Below are positions 10,426 to 21,125 of a DNA stretch of 64,000 bases, piece after piece. The first letter of the stretch is position 1; the number at the start of each line of letters is the position of its first letter. The DNA is taken from positions 1,824,001-1,888,000 of the forward strand of contig OY759746.1 in NCBI GenBank assembly GCA_963662795.1. Reading direction: 5' to 3'. Made by a program: the position numbers and the translations under genes. The stretch comes from Spirochaetia bacterium. GTDB taxonomy: Bacteria > Spirochaetota > Spirochaetia > CADAEX01. The notes under the pieces were generated by a model that worked only from the letters and a program-made list of their open reading frames with translations, was not told the origin of the DNA and made no database searches.

Positions 10426-11463
10426 ATGAAAGCACTGGTTCTGGAAGAATATTCGAAACTTGTTTACAGGGATGTTGAAAAACCTGTTATCAAAAACAGT
10501 GATGATATTCTTATAAAGGTTAAGGCTGCAAGTGTCTGCGGTTCTGATGTTCACGGTCTTGACGGTAGTACGGGAAGAAGGAAACCTCCCGTTGTAATGG
10601 GTCATGAGGCTTCAGGTGAAATTGCTGATATTGGCAGCGGAGTTAAAAGATATAAAAAAGGTGACAGGGTTATTTTTAATTCAACCCTTTTTTGCGGGGC
10701 GTGTGATTTTTGCCTGCATGGAAACGTTAATCTCTGTGATGAGAGAAAGGTGTTTGGAGTTTCGTGTGACGAATACAAAATTGATGGGGCTTATGCTGAA
10801 TATATCGTGGTTCCTGAAAGAATTGTCTATCCAATTCCCGGGGATCTCTCTTATCAGAAAGCCGCTCTTATTGAACCCCTTTCTGTCGGGTTTCATGCTG
10901 TCAGAATGGGGGAACTTGGAATAAATGACAGTGTGCTTGTTATAGGGGCGGGAACAATCGGTTCATTTGTTATTCAGTCTCTTAAGCTTAAAGGAGCCGG
11001 CAGAATAATTGTTGCTGATATTGATGATGAAAAACTTGAACTTGCAAAGCTGATGGGCGCTGACTATATCATCAATTCGGGAAAAAAGGATTTTGTGGAA
11101 GAAGCACTCAAAATATCTCCTGATGGTATTGATATTGTTTTTGATATCGTAGGAAAGGAAAGTGTAACCGTCAAGAGTCTTGATTTACTTAAAAAAAACG
11201 GTAAGGTTGTAATGGTTGGTTTGTTTGATGCAAATATTTCCTTTCCTATACAGAAAATTACAACATGGCAGTATAAGATTATCGGCTCATATATATCGGG
11301 TGATGAATACCCTGCTTGCCTTGCTCTTGTTGAAAGCGAAAAAATTAATCTGGATCCTTTTATAAATAATTATGTTCCCCTTTCCGAAGCTCCGGATTGG
11401 TTTGAAAGACTTCATAAAAGGGAGAGCGGTCTTAACAAGGTGATTTTTAATCCTGAAAAATAA
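10426..11463 (+). CDS. Zn-dependent sugar-alcohol/sugar-acid dehydrogenase (MDR family)
   Basis: CGSD, GHEASG, CGACDFC..G...C, GAGTIG. Confidence 0.9.
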   Translation: MKALVLEEYSKLVYRDVEKPVIKNSDDILIKVKAASVCGSDVHGLDGSTGRRKPPVVMGHEASGEIADIGSGVKRYKKGDRVIFNSTLFCGACDFCLHGNVNLCDERKVFGVSCDEYKIDGAYAEYIVVPERIVYPIPGDLSYQKAALIEPLSVGFHAVRMGELGINDSVLVIGAGTIGSFVIQSLKLKGAGRIIVADIDDEKLELAKLMGADYIINSGKKDFVEEALKISPDGIDIVFDIVGKESVTVKSLDLLKKNGKVVMVGLFDANISFPIQKITTWQYKIIGSYISGDEYPACLALVESEKINLDPFINNYVPLSEAPDWFERLHKRESGLNKVIFNPEK

Positions 11464-11634
11464 ATTGCGTTATTAGTTATTATAAATGACTGAAATTATA
11501 TTTGATATTGTCCGGAACAGTAATTTTTAAAAGAGATCCTGGAGATTTCCTGAATCATAAATCTGTCCGGATTTTATCAGATTTAATTAATAAAAAGCAG
11601 ATATTTTCTGCTGAACAATAATTGGAGGAAATAT

Positions 11635-12630
11635 ATGAAGAAAATTATGGTATCTTTTTTACTGGTACTAATGGTTTCAACAGTCTTTGCCGGCGGAAAC
11701 AGCGAAGGCGGCAAAACAAAAATTAAAATTGCCAGTATGCAGGCTGAAGGAACTCCTGAAACAAGATCTATCTTTAAATTCAAGGAACTTGTAGAGGAAA
11801 GATCAGGCGGGAAAATAGTTATTGAAATTTATCCCAATAATCAGCTCGGTTCACCTGAAACCTATATCGACAGCACCCGTCAGGGAAATATTGAAATGTG
11901 TGTTCCGGGAACGACACTGTCAGTGCACCAGCCTATGGTAGCTGTTCCGGAAATGCCTTTTCTTTTCAGAGACTGGGCTCATGTTGAAAAAGCACTTACC
12001 GACCCCTATGTAATGAAAACGATGACTGAAGGTATTGTTGAAAAGGTAGGATTGAGAAATCTTGGGATAAGCCCGGATGCCTTTAGGGTTGTAAGCTCCA
12101 ACTCTCCCATCAGATCAATGAAGGATTTTGAAAATATGAGATTGAGAGTTCCCAATATCCCTCTTTATATTGAGTGGGCAAAGGGTGTGGGTGTCAATGC
12201 GATAGCGCTTCCTTTAAGTGAACTGTTTACAGCTCTGGAGCAGGGTGTGGCAGATGGACAGGAAAATCCCTTTGCAACAATTCAGATGATGAAATTTTAT
12301 GAAGTACAGAAATATATTACCACAACCAGACATATTTTTTCAGTTCATGGATGGTATATAAACGAAAAATTCTGGCAGACGCTGTCAAAAGAAAATCAGG
12401 ATCTTATAGCAAAAGCTGTAACTGATTCCATAAAATATAATTTTGAGATTGCGGCTGACGCAGAAAAAGATGCCATAAAATATTTAAGCGATCAGGGCCT
12501 TGAAATTATTGAGCCAGACGCAACTTTTAAACAACAACTTGTTGATTCACAGAAAAATGTTTATAACTGGTTCTATCAGAAATATCCCGGTAGCAAAGAA
12601 CTTGAAGCTTATATTCGAAGTATAAAATAA
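11635..12630 (+). CDS. dctP: TRAP transporter substrate-binding protein
   Basis: Signal peptide, YPNNQLG, RLRVP, ALEQGVADGQENP. Confidence 0.9.
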   Translation: MKKIMVSFLLVLMVSTVFAGGNSEGGKTKIKIASMQAEGTPETRSIFKFKELVEERSGGKIVIEIYPNNQLGSPETYIDSTRQGNIEMCVPGTTLSVHQPMVAVPEMPFLFRDWAHVEKALTDPYVMKTMTEGIVEKVGLRNLGISPDAFRVVSSNSPIRSMKDFENMRLRVPNIPLYIEWAKGVGVNAIALPLSELFTALEQGVADGQENPFATIQMMKFYEVQKYITTTRHIFSVHGWYINEKFWQTLSKENQDLIAKAVTDSIKYNFEIAADAEKDAIKYLSDQGLEIIEPDATFKQQLVDSQKNVYNWFYQKYPGSKELEAYIRSIK

Positions 12631-12631
12631 A

Positions 12632-12664
12632 TATTGAAGGGGAGCCATTCACTCCCCTTCAATA
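12632..12664 (+). terminator. Stem-loop between dctP and dctQ (partial terminator or mRNA stabiliser)
   Basis: TATTGAAGGGGAG-CCATTCA-CTCCCCTTCAATA perfect 13-bp stem. Confidence 0.6.
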
Positions 12665-12679
12665 CAAAAAGGATTTAAT

Positions 12680-13180
12680 ATGAGCGATAAAATACCTGAT
12701 CAAATAAATAATGGAAATGCTAACAACAGGTTTAAGTTTTTTCTGAAATTAATTGTAGTTATATCAATAACTACAATGATAATGCTTGTTTTTATTAATG
12801 CTGCACTGAGGTATCTCTTCAACAGGGGCTTTCCCGCAAGTGAAGAGCTTGCAAGGTTCTTTTTTATCTGGACGATTTTTCTTGGTATTATAGTTGCATA
12901 TAAAGAAGGCGATCATGTTTCTGTTACCATGTTTACGGATGGATTAAAAGGTAAAATCAAAACCTTTGTTAACATTCTTTCCAAGATCTCTTCCTTTGTT
13001 GCAATGATTGTGATCCTGATGGGAGGGGTTAAATATACCCTGATGTCAACAACCTACAAAAGCGTTGCAACCGAGATAAATTTTGCATTAATATCGGTAT
13101 CTATAGTGGTTATGTCTGTTGGTGTAATATTTTTAATGATTAAAAATATTTACGACACTGTAAAACATAAAAAGTCTTAA
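12680..13180 (+). CDS. dctQ: TRAP transporter small permease
   Basis: 4 hydrophobic segments, SEELARF, position between dctP and dctM. Confidence 0.85.
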   Translation: MSDKIPDQINNGNANNRFKFFLKLIVVISITTMIMLVFINAALRYLFNRGFPASEELARFFFIWTIFLGIIVAYKEGDHVSVTMFTDGLKGKIKTFVNILSKISSFVAMIVILMGGVKYTLMSTTYKSVATEINFALISVSIVVMSVGVIFLMIKNIYDTVKHKKS

Positions 13181-13191
13181 AGGAATCAGCG

Positions 13192-14478
13192 ATGGAATTA
13201 TTAATATTTATTGTTAGTTTAGCATTTTTTCTGTTTATCGGGGTACCTATTGCACTGGTGCTTGTTCTCTGCGCAATTTCTTTGATGCTTTTTATGGGTA
13301 TCGGAGATCCCACCATCATCAGTCAGTCGATGGTGACAGGTACAAACAATTTCCCCCTGATGGCAATCCCTTTCTTCATGCTGGCCGGTGAAATCATGGC
13401 TCAGGGGGGGCTTTCGGGAAGGATTGTAAAATTTGCAAACCTGCTTCTCGGAAGAATTAAAGGGGGGCTTGGGTATGCCACAATTCTTGCCTGCATTTTA
13501 TTTGCAGGTCTCTCAGGCGCAGCTGTTGCCGAAGCGGCAGCTCTTGGCAGTATTCTCATACCGCTTATGAAAGATAACGGTTATAAACCAGAACGTGCTG
13601 CCGGTTTTATCTGTGCAGGTTCCATAATTGGTCCTATTATTCCTCCCAGCATACCAATGATATTACTTGGAACAACAGTCGGAATTTCAGTCACAAGATT
13701 GTTTATGGCAGGATTGGTTCCTGGTCTTATGCTCGGGATGGGATTGATGATAGTCTGGTTCTTTATTGTCAGAAAAGACGGATACACGGATGTTGAAAAA
13801 TATACATTGAAAGAAGGATTTATCATAATAAAGGAATCTCTCCCTGCACTGTTTCTGCCTGTGATATTGTTATTTGGTATAAGATTCGGGATTTTTACCC
13901 CAACAGAAGGTGGTGCTTTTGCCGTCGTATATGCCCTTTTAATATGTCTCTTCTGGTATAAGGAACTTACCTGGATGCAGCTTGTCGATGTATGTGTGGC
14001 AGCTACTAAAACCACTGCAGTAGTTATGTTTATCGTAGCTGCAGCAACAGCAGTAGGCTGGTTTATCACGGTTGCACAGATTCCAAATCAGATGGCAGCT
14101 CTTTTAACACCTTTTATTGACAGACCCTTTCTCTTAATACTTATTATAAACGGGTTTTTGTTTTTAATGGGTATGGTTATGGATATCACACCTAATATTC
14201 TTATCTTTGCTCCGGTTATTTTCCCTGTAATTATCAAAGCTGGAATTGATCCTGTATTCTTTGGGTTAATAATGGTTTTGAACTTATGCATAGGCCTTAT
14301 TACTCCACCAGTTGGTGTTGTTTTATATGTCGGTTGCAGTGTCGCAAAAGTACCGTTTGGAAAGCTTGTAAAAGGGCTGTTTCCGTTCCTCTTAATGGAA
14401 TTACTGATTCTGATTATTCTTATGCTTTTTCCTGATATAGTAACAGTTCCTGTAGATCTGATAATGGGAACCAAGTAA
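13192..14478 (+). CDS. dctM: TRAP transporter large permease
   Basis: AIPFFMLAG, IIPPSIP, GIFTPTE, ITPPVG. Confidence 0.92.
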   Translation: MELLIFIVSLAFFLFIGVPIALVLVLCAISLMLFMGIGDPTIISQSMVTGTNNFPLMAIPFFMLAGEIMAQGGLSGRIVKFANLLLGRIKGGLGYATILACILFAGLSGAAVAEAAALGSILIPLMKDNGYKPERAAGFICAGSIIGPIIPPSIPMILLGTTVGISVTRLFMAGLVPGLMLGMGLMIVWFFIVRKDGYTDVEKYTLKEGFIIIKESLPALFLPVILLFGIRFGIFTPTEGGAFAVVYALLICLFWYKELTWMQLVDVCVAATKTTAVVMFIVAAATAVGWFITVAQIPNQMAALLTPFIDRPFLLILIINGFLFLMGMVMDITPNILIFAPVIFPVIIKAGIDPVFFGLIMVLNLCIGLITPPVGVVLYVGCSVAKVPFGKLVKGLFPFLLMELLILIILMLFPDIVTVPVDLIMGTK

Positions 14479-14489
14479 AGGTTGATGTA

Positions 14490-15776
14490 ATGAATTTTAA
14501 ACCGGTAAAAATAAATTTTAATGATGGATTATCATTTGATTTTCCTGAAATGATCAGGATAAGACAAAAATTTTCAAAAGAAAAAATAATCGGCATAGAA
14601 GAACATATAAAGAAGGAACTTGAAAAAATATCATTACAGGATTTAAAGAATAAAAGAATTGCAATAACTGCAGGAAGCAGGGGCATTTCAGATATCAGGA
14701 TAATTATCAGGGTAATTATTGATAAATTAAAAAAGCAGGGCGCAAAACCGTTTATCGTCCCTGCCATGGGAAGTCACGGCGGAGCAACGGCAGAGGGACA
14801 GCTTGAAATACTTGCCTCATATGGGATTACTGAAGATTCAATGGCGGTCCCTGTAATTTCATCAATGGACGTGGTCGAAATAGGAAGAATGCAAAACGGG
14901 ACTCCTGTTTATTGTGATAAAAATGCATATAACGCCGATGGTATAATTATAATCAACAAAATAAAACCTCATACGGATTTCAAAGGTGAACATGAAAGCG
15001 GAATATTAAAAATGATGGGGATAGGACTGGGTAAACATAAAGGAGCAATGGCTCTTCATTCGCTGGGTTTTGAATTGTTTTCAGAAGTTCTTAAAGAAGC
15101 TGCCGAAATATTTATTGAAAATGGCAAAATATTGTTCGCTGTCGGAATAGTTCAGAATGCATATGAAGAAACAATGATCGCAGAAGTAATACAGGCAGAT
15201 TGTATTATGGAAAGAGACAAAGCACTGCTGGTGACGGCAAAAAAAAATATTGCGAAACTTCTTTTTCCAAAGATAGATCTGCTTATTGTTGATGAAATTG
15301 GTAAAAATATAAGCGGAGAAGGAATGGATCCGAATGTTACAGGCCGCCCCGGTTCAGGGTTAAAAGAAGGATTTGAAGCGCCTGATATTCAAAGAATTTT
15401 TGTAAGAATGGTGGATAAGATATCACACGGAAACGGGAACGGCATAGGACTTGCAGATTATACAACTGTTGAATGTGTAAACAGTCTTGATCTTTGTTCA
15501 ATGTATACAAATGCAATTACAGCCAATGTTATTGACACAGTAAAAATACCTTTAATTATTGATACAGAAAAAAATGCAATAGCGGCAGGACTCAGCACAT
15601 GTGTCGGAACCGAACCGGGAAAAGAAAGAATTGTGCGAATCAAAAACACAAATGAACTTGACACTATTTATGTGTCAGCACAATGCGTCATTGATATTTC
15701 GGATGATGAAAACATTGAAGTAATGGATAGAAAAATATTTTTTGATTTTGATGAAAACGGAAAACTTAAAAATTAG
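14490..15776 (+). CDS. LarA (lactate racemase)-like/DUF362 domain protein, probable sugar-acid racemase/epimerase
   Basis: AGSRGI, PAMGSHGGATAEGQ, KPHTDF, GKNISGEGMDPN. Confidence 0.7.
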   Translation: MNFKPVKINFNDGLSFDFPEMIRIRQKFSKEKIIGIEEHIKKELEKISLQDLKNKRIAITAGSRGISDIRIIIRVIIDKLKKQGAKPFIVPAMGSHGGATAEGQLEILASYGITEDSMAVPVISSMDVVEIGRMQNGTPVYCDKNAYNADGIIIINKIKPHTDFKGEHESGILKMMGIGLGKHKGAMALHSLGFELFSEVLKEAAEIFIENGKILFAVGIVQNAYEETMIAEVIQADCIMERDKALLVTAKKNIAKLLFPKIDLLIVDEIGKNISGEGMDPNVTGRPGSGLKEGFEAPDIQRIFVRMVDKISHGNGNGIGLADYTTVECVNSLDLCSMYTNAITANVIDTVKIPLIIDTEKNAIAAGLSTCVGTEPGKERIVRIKNTNELDTIYVSAQCVIDISDDENIEVMDRKIFFDFDENGKLKN

Positions 15777-15785
15777 GGGTAAAAA

Positions 15786-16565
15786 ATGGATAACATAGTT
15801 GAGCAGAAATTTTCTCTTAAAGGTAAAACAGCAGTTATAACAGGAGCAGGAAGGGGTATCGGAAGATCAATAGCTTTTGCTCTGGCAAAAGCAGGTGCTG
15901 ACATTGTTATATGGGATATAATAAAGGAAAACGCTTTAAAGACAGCTGATGATATTGCAGCGGAAACCAGTGTCAAAACTTATTCATATGTTTCAGATAT
16001 TACTGTAAAGGAAAAAATAAAAGAAAGCGTTGAGAAGATTATCGCAATGACGGGAAAGGTTGATATTCTTGTCAATAACGCAGGAGTGCAGGTAAGAAAA
16101 CCTGCTCTTGAATTTTCAATTGCAGAGTGGGAACTTGTTCTTTCAACACACCTGACAGCTACTTTTCTGATAACCCAAAGCTTTGTTTCCCATATGCAAA
16201 ATAACGGCGGGGGGAGGATTATTAATTTAGGATCCCTTAATTGTTCCATAGCTGTAAAAGATATTACAGCCTATGTTGCTGCAAAAAGCGGTATCGCCGG
16301 GCTTACAAGATCAATGTGTGTGGAATATGCACAGTTCGGAATAAATGCAAATGCCATAGCACCTGGATGGGTTGAAACTGAACTGACAAGAAAACTTTTT
16401 GAGAACCCTGAAAAGAAAAAATGGGTCATGGACAGACTTCCCATGGGCAAGCTTGCTGATGCAGAAAATGACCTCGGATATCTTGCCGTTTTTCTTTCCT
16501 CGGAAGCTTCAAGATATATTAATGGTCAGGTAATCTATTCGGACGGAGGTTTTACGGCTTGCTGA
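15786..16565 (+). CDS. SDR oxidoreductase (gluconate 5-dehydrogenase-like)
   Basis: TGAGRGIG, NNAG, YVAAK. Confidence 0.88.
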   Translation: MDNIVEQKFSLKGKTAVITGAGRGIGRSIAFALAKAGADIVIWDIIKENALKTADDIAAETSVKTYSYVSDITVKEKIKESVEKIIAMTGKVDILVNNAGVQVRKPALEFSIAEWELVLSTHLTATFLITQSFVSHMQNNGGGRIINLGSLNCSIAVKDITAYVAAKSGIAGLTRSMCVEYAQFGINANAIAPGWVETELTRKLFENPEKKKWVMDRLPMGKLADAENDLGYLAVFLSSEASRYINGQVIYSDGGFTAC

Positions 16566-17451
16566 ATAATTTAGCTGATAAAAAATACCATGTGTGGTGT
16601 CTAAACATAGGTGTCCAAAACAAGGACTATTAATTGCCTGCTAACCTGAGTATAATGATTTAAGCTTGGCGGTGTGAATCATTATAACAAAAGGAAAACA
16701 GGCGATGAGTTCCAAATCTACTATAATTAAATCAAATTCTTCAAATAATACCGAGACATGAATTTGAAGAATCTGCAAAAACAAAGTTAATTATATTTCC
16801 AATAGTTTTTCATGCCGGGAGCAGTTTGTTTCAATACCGGTTGCCCGGATTTCAGGGCAACCAGGTTTTTAGAGAAATAGAAAACTCATTAGCATCAATA
16901 ATTGGTCAGCTTTGTCATTTAGGGGCTAAAAGAGATAAAATGTTCTATATTTATCCTGTGCAAATAATAATCGCAATTCTGAAATTTATGAAAATATCTT
17001 CACAGATCTTCTTGAAAAAATATTATCTATGAAGAGAATTCATAAGCATGGATTTAAAAATCTCTTTATAGTATTGATACTTTTACTATCGATTTATGCC
17101 AGAACCATGTTTTCATGGGCAGGATTTAAAAAACATTAAAGGGGAATAAAACTTAAGGGCACCTCTAATAACCCTTGTTAAAATCAATTATTTTCTGTCC
17201 ATTGCCAAATATAGAGTTCCTTTAATCAGCACAGGGTTTTCATGCTGCAGTCTATCTGCTGTCAAGCCGTTATGCTCTGCATATCTGCAGGTATTTTATT
17301 ATACTATAAGTCAGATTTGTCAGCCTGATTAGTGTATTCTCCCTGATAATTCCAATTGTTCTTATAATATTTCCTTTTATTGAAAGAAATTGACCATACT
17401 ATAAGCTTACCTGTGAAGCTGCTGGTTGACTTTTTATAGGAGGAGATTAAT

Positions 17452-17565
17452 ATGAATGCACTGGTTCTGGAAGAATATTTATAACTTGTTTACAGGGATG
17501 TTTAAAAATTTGTTATAAAAAACAGCGATGATATTCTTATAAAAGTCAAGACTCCATGTGTCTGT
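17452..17565 (+). pseudogene. Decayed copy of the 5' end of the Zn-dehydrogenase gene at 10426
   Basis: ATGAATGCACTGGTTCTGGAAGAATATTTATAACTTGTTTACAGGGATG closely matches 10426 onward but has in-frame TAA stops. Confidence 0.8.
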
Positions 17566-17842
17566 ATTTTGATGACCATAATCATGGTGATGCAGGAAAT
17601 GGGATTTCAGCTGAAATAATGAATGAAAAAACAAAAAACCATGAATAAAAGAATATCTGATTATTTCAGTAAAAAAATGATAGGGAAAAATTGTTTTGCA
17701 TGCATTATGATTATTAAAGCATTGCTAAGGAACCATGCTTGACAGTAGGAATCCTCTGGCAATGAATGATAAGTTATATTGTAAAGTTGAAATTCCAGTC
17801 AAAGGGTATAGAGTTGTTATTAAATAAATTGGAGGTACTGCA

Positions 17843-18232
17843 ATGATAAAGTATGAATTTGAGCATATCCATATAATATGCAATGATATTGAAATTACTA
17901 AAAACTGGTATGTCAGCAAAATGGGGGCAGAGGTTACCTTTGAAGCGGTGTATAAAGGTAATCAGGTTTATTATTTAAAACTGGGCGGAATAATTATAGT
18001 ACTGATTGATAAACAGTTCCCGGGAGAAACTCCGATGCCCTCTTCAATCAGGCATAGACGCGGTCTGGATCATTTTGGCGTTCTTGTTAAAGACCTGGAA
18101 AAAGCACTGGCCGAATTGAAAGCCCAGGGAGTTCATGTTATTCAGGATGTTACTCATGTCAGGGAAGGACTGAAAATATCATATATAGAAGCTCCTGATA
18201 ATGTCAGAATAGAAATATCGGAAAGAAACTGA
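17843..18232 (+). CDS. VOC/glyoxalase family protein
   Basis: EHIHI, GLDHFG, APDNVRIE. Confidence 0.85.
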   Translation: MIKYEFEHIHIICNDIEITKNWYVSKMGAEVTFEAVYKGNQVYYLKLGGIIIVLIDKQFPGETPMPSSIRHRRGLDHFGVLVKDLEKALAELKAQGVHVIQDVTHVREGLKISYIEAPDNVRIEISERN

Positions 18233-18399
18233 TCAGTAAAATCATTTGAACAAACCCGGAGCATCCATATCCGGGCCTGCCATTACACATTACCTCCCCG
18301 CCCTCTGACCTGAAAGTCGGCTTTAACAAAATCCAGTTATCAGTTATACTAAACTCCATTTTACAGGTATAAAATCAGCATAAGTAAAGGGGGATTAAC

Positions 18400-18975
18400 T
18401 TGAACGCTAAAAACAGACTTGGCAGCAGACTTAAAGCGCTCAGAGAAGCTAGAAACATCACTGTTGATGACCTTTCCGACAGGGCAAACCTCTCGGCCGA
18501 AGGGGTAAAAAAAATAGAAAACGGTGAAATGATACCCGGCCTTGCTCCGTTATTCAGACTTGCGCGTGTTATGGGGGTGCGGATAGGTACGTTTCTTGAT
18601 GACCAGGAAAACATCGGCCCTGTCGTCACAAAAAAGGGAGAAAAAAAGGGGGTCACAAGATTTTCCGACAAGGACAATCCCGCAAGCTCGGACCTTGATT
18701 TCTACTCATTGGCCCTTAATAAATCAGGAAGGCACATGGAGCCTTTTATTATCGATATCTATCCCTCATCCGAGGAGGATTACAGGACTTCTTCCCATGA
18801 GGGGGAGGAATTCCTTTATGTTATTGAAGGCGGGATTGAAATCAAATACGGCAAAGAAATATACAGTTTAAAAGAGGGTGAAAGCATTTATTACGATTCA
18901 ATTGTAATGCATCATGTACATTCAGCCGGCACCGGACCTGCCAAAATTCTGGCAGTAGTTTACGCGCCGCTTTAA
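18400..18975 (+). CDS. XRE-family HTH regulator with cupin domain
   Basis: N-terminal HTH_3; HEGEEFLYV...YYDS..HH cupin. Confidence 0.9.
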   Translation: MNAKNRLGSRLKALREARNITVDDLSDRANLSAEGVKKIENGEMIPGLAPLFRLARVMGVRIGTFLDDQENIGPVVTKKGEKKGVTRFSDKDNPASSDLDFYSLALNKSGRHMEPFIIDIYPSSEEDYRTSSHEGEEFLYVIEGGIEIKYGKEIYSLKEGESIYYDSIVMHHVHSAGTGPAKILAVVYAPL

Positions 18976-18987
18976 GGGGAGAAATAA

Positions 18988-20658
18988 ATGCTTGAAATAA
19001 CATTAAGCGCACTTTTGCGTGAAAAGACCAAAGCAGATCCTGACCGTGAGTTTATGGTTTATTCAGACAGGAACCTCCGCTTCACATACGGGGAATTTGA
19101 CAAAAGGGTAAGCGACCTGGCAAAAGGGCTTCTTTCGATAGGGATAAAAAAGGGGGACAACCTCGGCATCTGGGCCACAAATGTTCCGGACTGGCTCACA
19201 TTCCTGTTCGCGTCCGCGAGAATCGGCGCCGTGCTTGTTACAGTCAATACCAACTATAAGCTCCATGAGCTTGAGTATCTTGTAAGGCAGGCTGACCTTA
19301 CTACCCTATGCATTTCAGACGGTTTTAAGGACAGCGACTATGTCGCGATGGTAAATGAGCTGATCCCTGAACTCAAGGATTGCCAGAGGGGATACCTTAA
19401 GAGCGGCCGGTTCCCGTATCTTAAAAACCTTATCTTCATGGGACCGCAGAAGCACAGGGGGTTGTTTTCTATTCCCGAGCTGATACTCCTCGGTTCCCAC
19501 CTTGATGAAGGGGAACTTGAGGAAGCGGAAAAAAACATGCACTTTGATGAAACCATCAACATGCAGTACACATCAGGCACAACCGGTTTTCCGAAAGGGG
19601 TTATGCTTTCTCACTACAATATAATCAACAACGGCTATTACATAGGCGAGTGCCAGAAATTTACAGCTGAAGACAGACTGTGCCTTCCTGTTCCGCTTTT
19701 TCACTGCTTCGGAATAGTCCTCGGCGTACTGGCTGCCCTTTCCCACGGCAGCACAGTTGTTCTGCTTGAAAGCTTTGACCCTCTTGTCGTTCTTGCCTCT
19801 GTCCAGAGGGAAAAATGTACTGCGCTTTACGGTGTACCAACCATGTTTATAGCAGAACTCAACCATCCGATGTTTGATATGTTCAATCTTGAAAGCCTTC
19901 GTACCGGAATAATGGCAGGGTCTCCCTGTCCCATGGATGTAATGAAAAAAGTTATCGAAAAGATGCATATGAGCGAGGTTACAATCGCGTACGGGCTTAC
20001 AGAGGCTTCCCCTGTAATGACCCAGACAAAAACCGATGATCCGATAGAGAAAAAAGTAGGCACAGTAGGAAGAGAACTTGAGAATATTGAGGTCAAGGTT
20101 GCAGATCCTGAAACCGGGAAAGAATGTCCTGTCGATGTTCAGGGAGAGCTCTGCTGCAGGGGATACAATGTAATGAAAGGGTATTACAAAATGCCTGAAG
20201 AAACTGCAAGAGTCATAGATCCTGACGGCTGGCTCCATTCAGGCGATCTTGGGGTAAAAGACAGCGACGACTTTTTCAGCGTAACAGGGCGTATCAAGGA
20301 CATGATAATCCGCGGAGGAGAGAACATCTATCCGAAGGAGATCGAGGAATACCTCTACAACATGGAAGGGATAAAAGATGTCCAGGTCGCAGGTATCACC
20401 GATATGAAATACGGCGAGGTACCCGGAGCTTTTGTTATTCTGAAAGAAGGCTCGTCCCTTAAGGAAGAGGATATAATCGATTTCTGCAGGGGCCAGATAT
20501 CGCGCTTTAAGATACCGCAGTATGTGTTTTTTGTTGACTCGTACCCCATGACAGGCAGCGGCAAGATCCAGAAGTACAGGCTGCGAGAAATGGGCGATGA
20601 GCTTGTCAAAAGCAGGACTTCACAGACCAAGAGCTTTACCCTGTCAAATAAGAATTGA
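18988..20658 (+). CDS. AMP-binding acyl-CoA synthetase
   Basis: [41 protein letters not shown]. Confidence 0.92.
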   Translation: MLEITLSALLREKTKADPDREFMVYSDRNLRFTYGEFDKRVSDLAKGLLSIGIKKGDNLGIWATNVPDWLTFLFASARIGAVLVTVNTNYKLHELEYLVRQADLTTLCISDGFKDSDYVAMVNELIPELKDCQRGYLKSGRFPYLKNLIFMGPQKHRGLFSIPELILLGSHLDEGELEEAEKNMHFDETINMQYTSGTTGFPKGVMLSHYNIINNGYYIGECQKFTAEDRLCLPVPLFHCFGIVLGVLAALSHGSTVVLLESFDPLVVLASVQREKCTALYGVPTMFIAELNHPMFDMFNLESLRTGIMAGSPCPMDVMKKVIEKMHMSEVTIAYGLTEASPVMTQTKTDDPIEKKVGTVGRELENIEVKVADPETGKECPVDVQGELCCRGYNVMKGYYKMPEETARVIDPDGWLHSGDLGVKDSDDFFSVTGRIKDMIIRGGENIYPKEIEEYLYNMEGIKDVQVAGITDMKYGEVPGAFVILKEGSSLKEEDIIDFCRGQISRFKIPQYVFFVDSYPMTGSGKIQKYRLREMGDELVKSRTSQTKSFTLSNKN

Positions 20659-20661
20659 GAT

Positions 20662-20703
20662 AAAACCGCATCTGCCCTTAAGCCGGGTAATGCGGTTTTT
20701 TTT
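20662..20703 (+). terminator. Rho-independent terminator
   Basis: AAAACCGCAT...ATGCGGTTTT followed by T tract just after stop. Confidence 0.65.
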
Positions 20704-21125
20704 AACCTGCAAAGGTGCCAAAAAAAAACAACCTCAGATCCTTCAAGACAAAATTAGACAGTATTCAGGCAATCATAAATCCGTATAAAATTCAGCATAT
20801 CCGCTTCTTTTACAGGATGAGTTCAAATGTTGGAGCTGAAGAGCTCAAATCAGACACAGTAATTCTCATAAAGATATCCCTGAGCTGTATTTTAAACGCT
20901 TAACCGGCTCCTTTTCACGGAATAAGTTTCTTTTTAAAGATACAATGATGATATTTTTATCATTAAAACACATTTATTATGCTGTTTTTGGCAATTTTAC
21001 TTGCCAAAATTGACAATCACCCCTTATGATGTAATATATTACCAAAAAGTTTTTCATTTAAAAATGTTTTTTGAATGAAAAAAGTATTTGTATAAATACT
21101 TAACAGAGGAAACAAAGGAGTAAAA

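Noticed and set aside
17156-17175. AGGGCACCTCTAATAACC, reminiscent of an IS/MITE end
   Set aside because: No partner inverted end or transposase found nearby
16600-17440. Possible ncRNA or gene in the gap after the SDR gene
   Set aside because: No recognisable structure or credible ORF by eye
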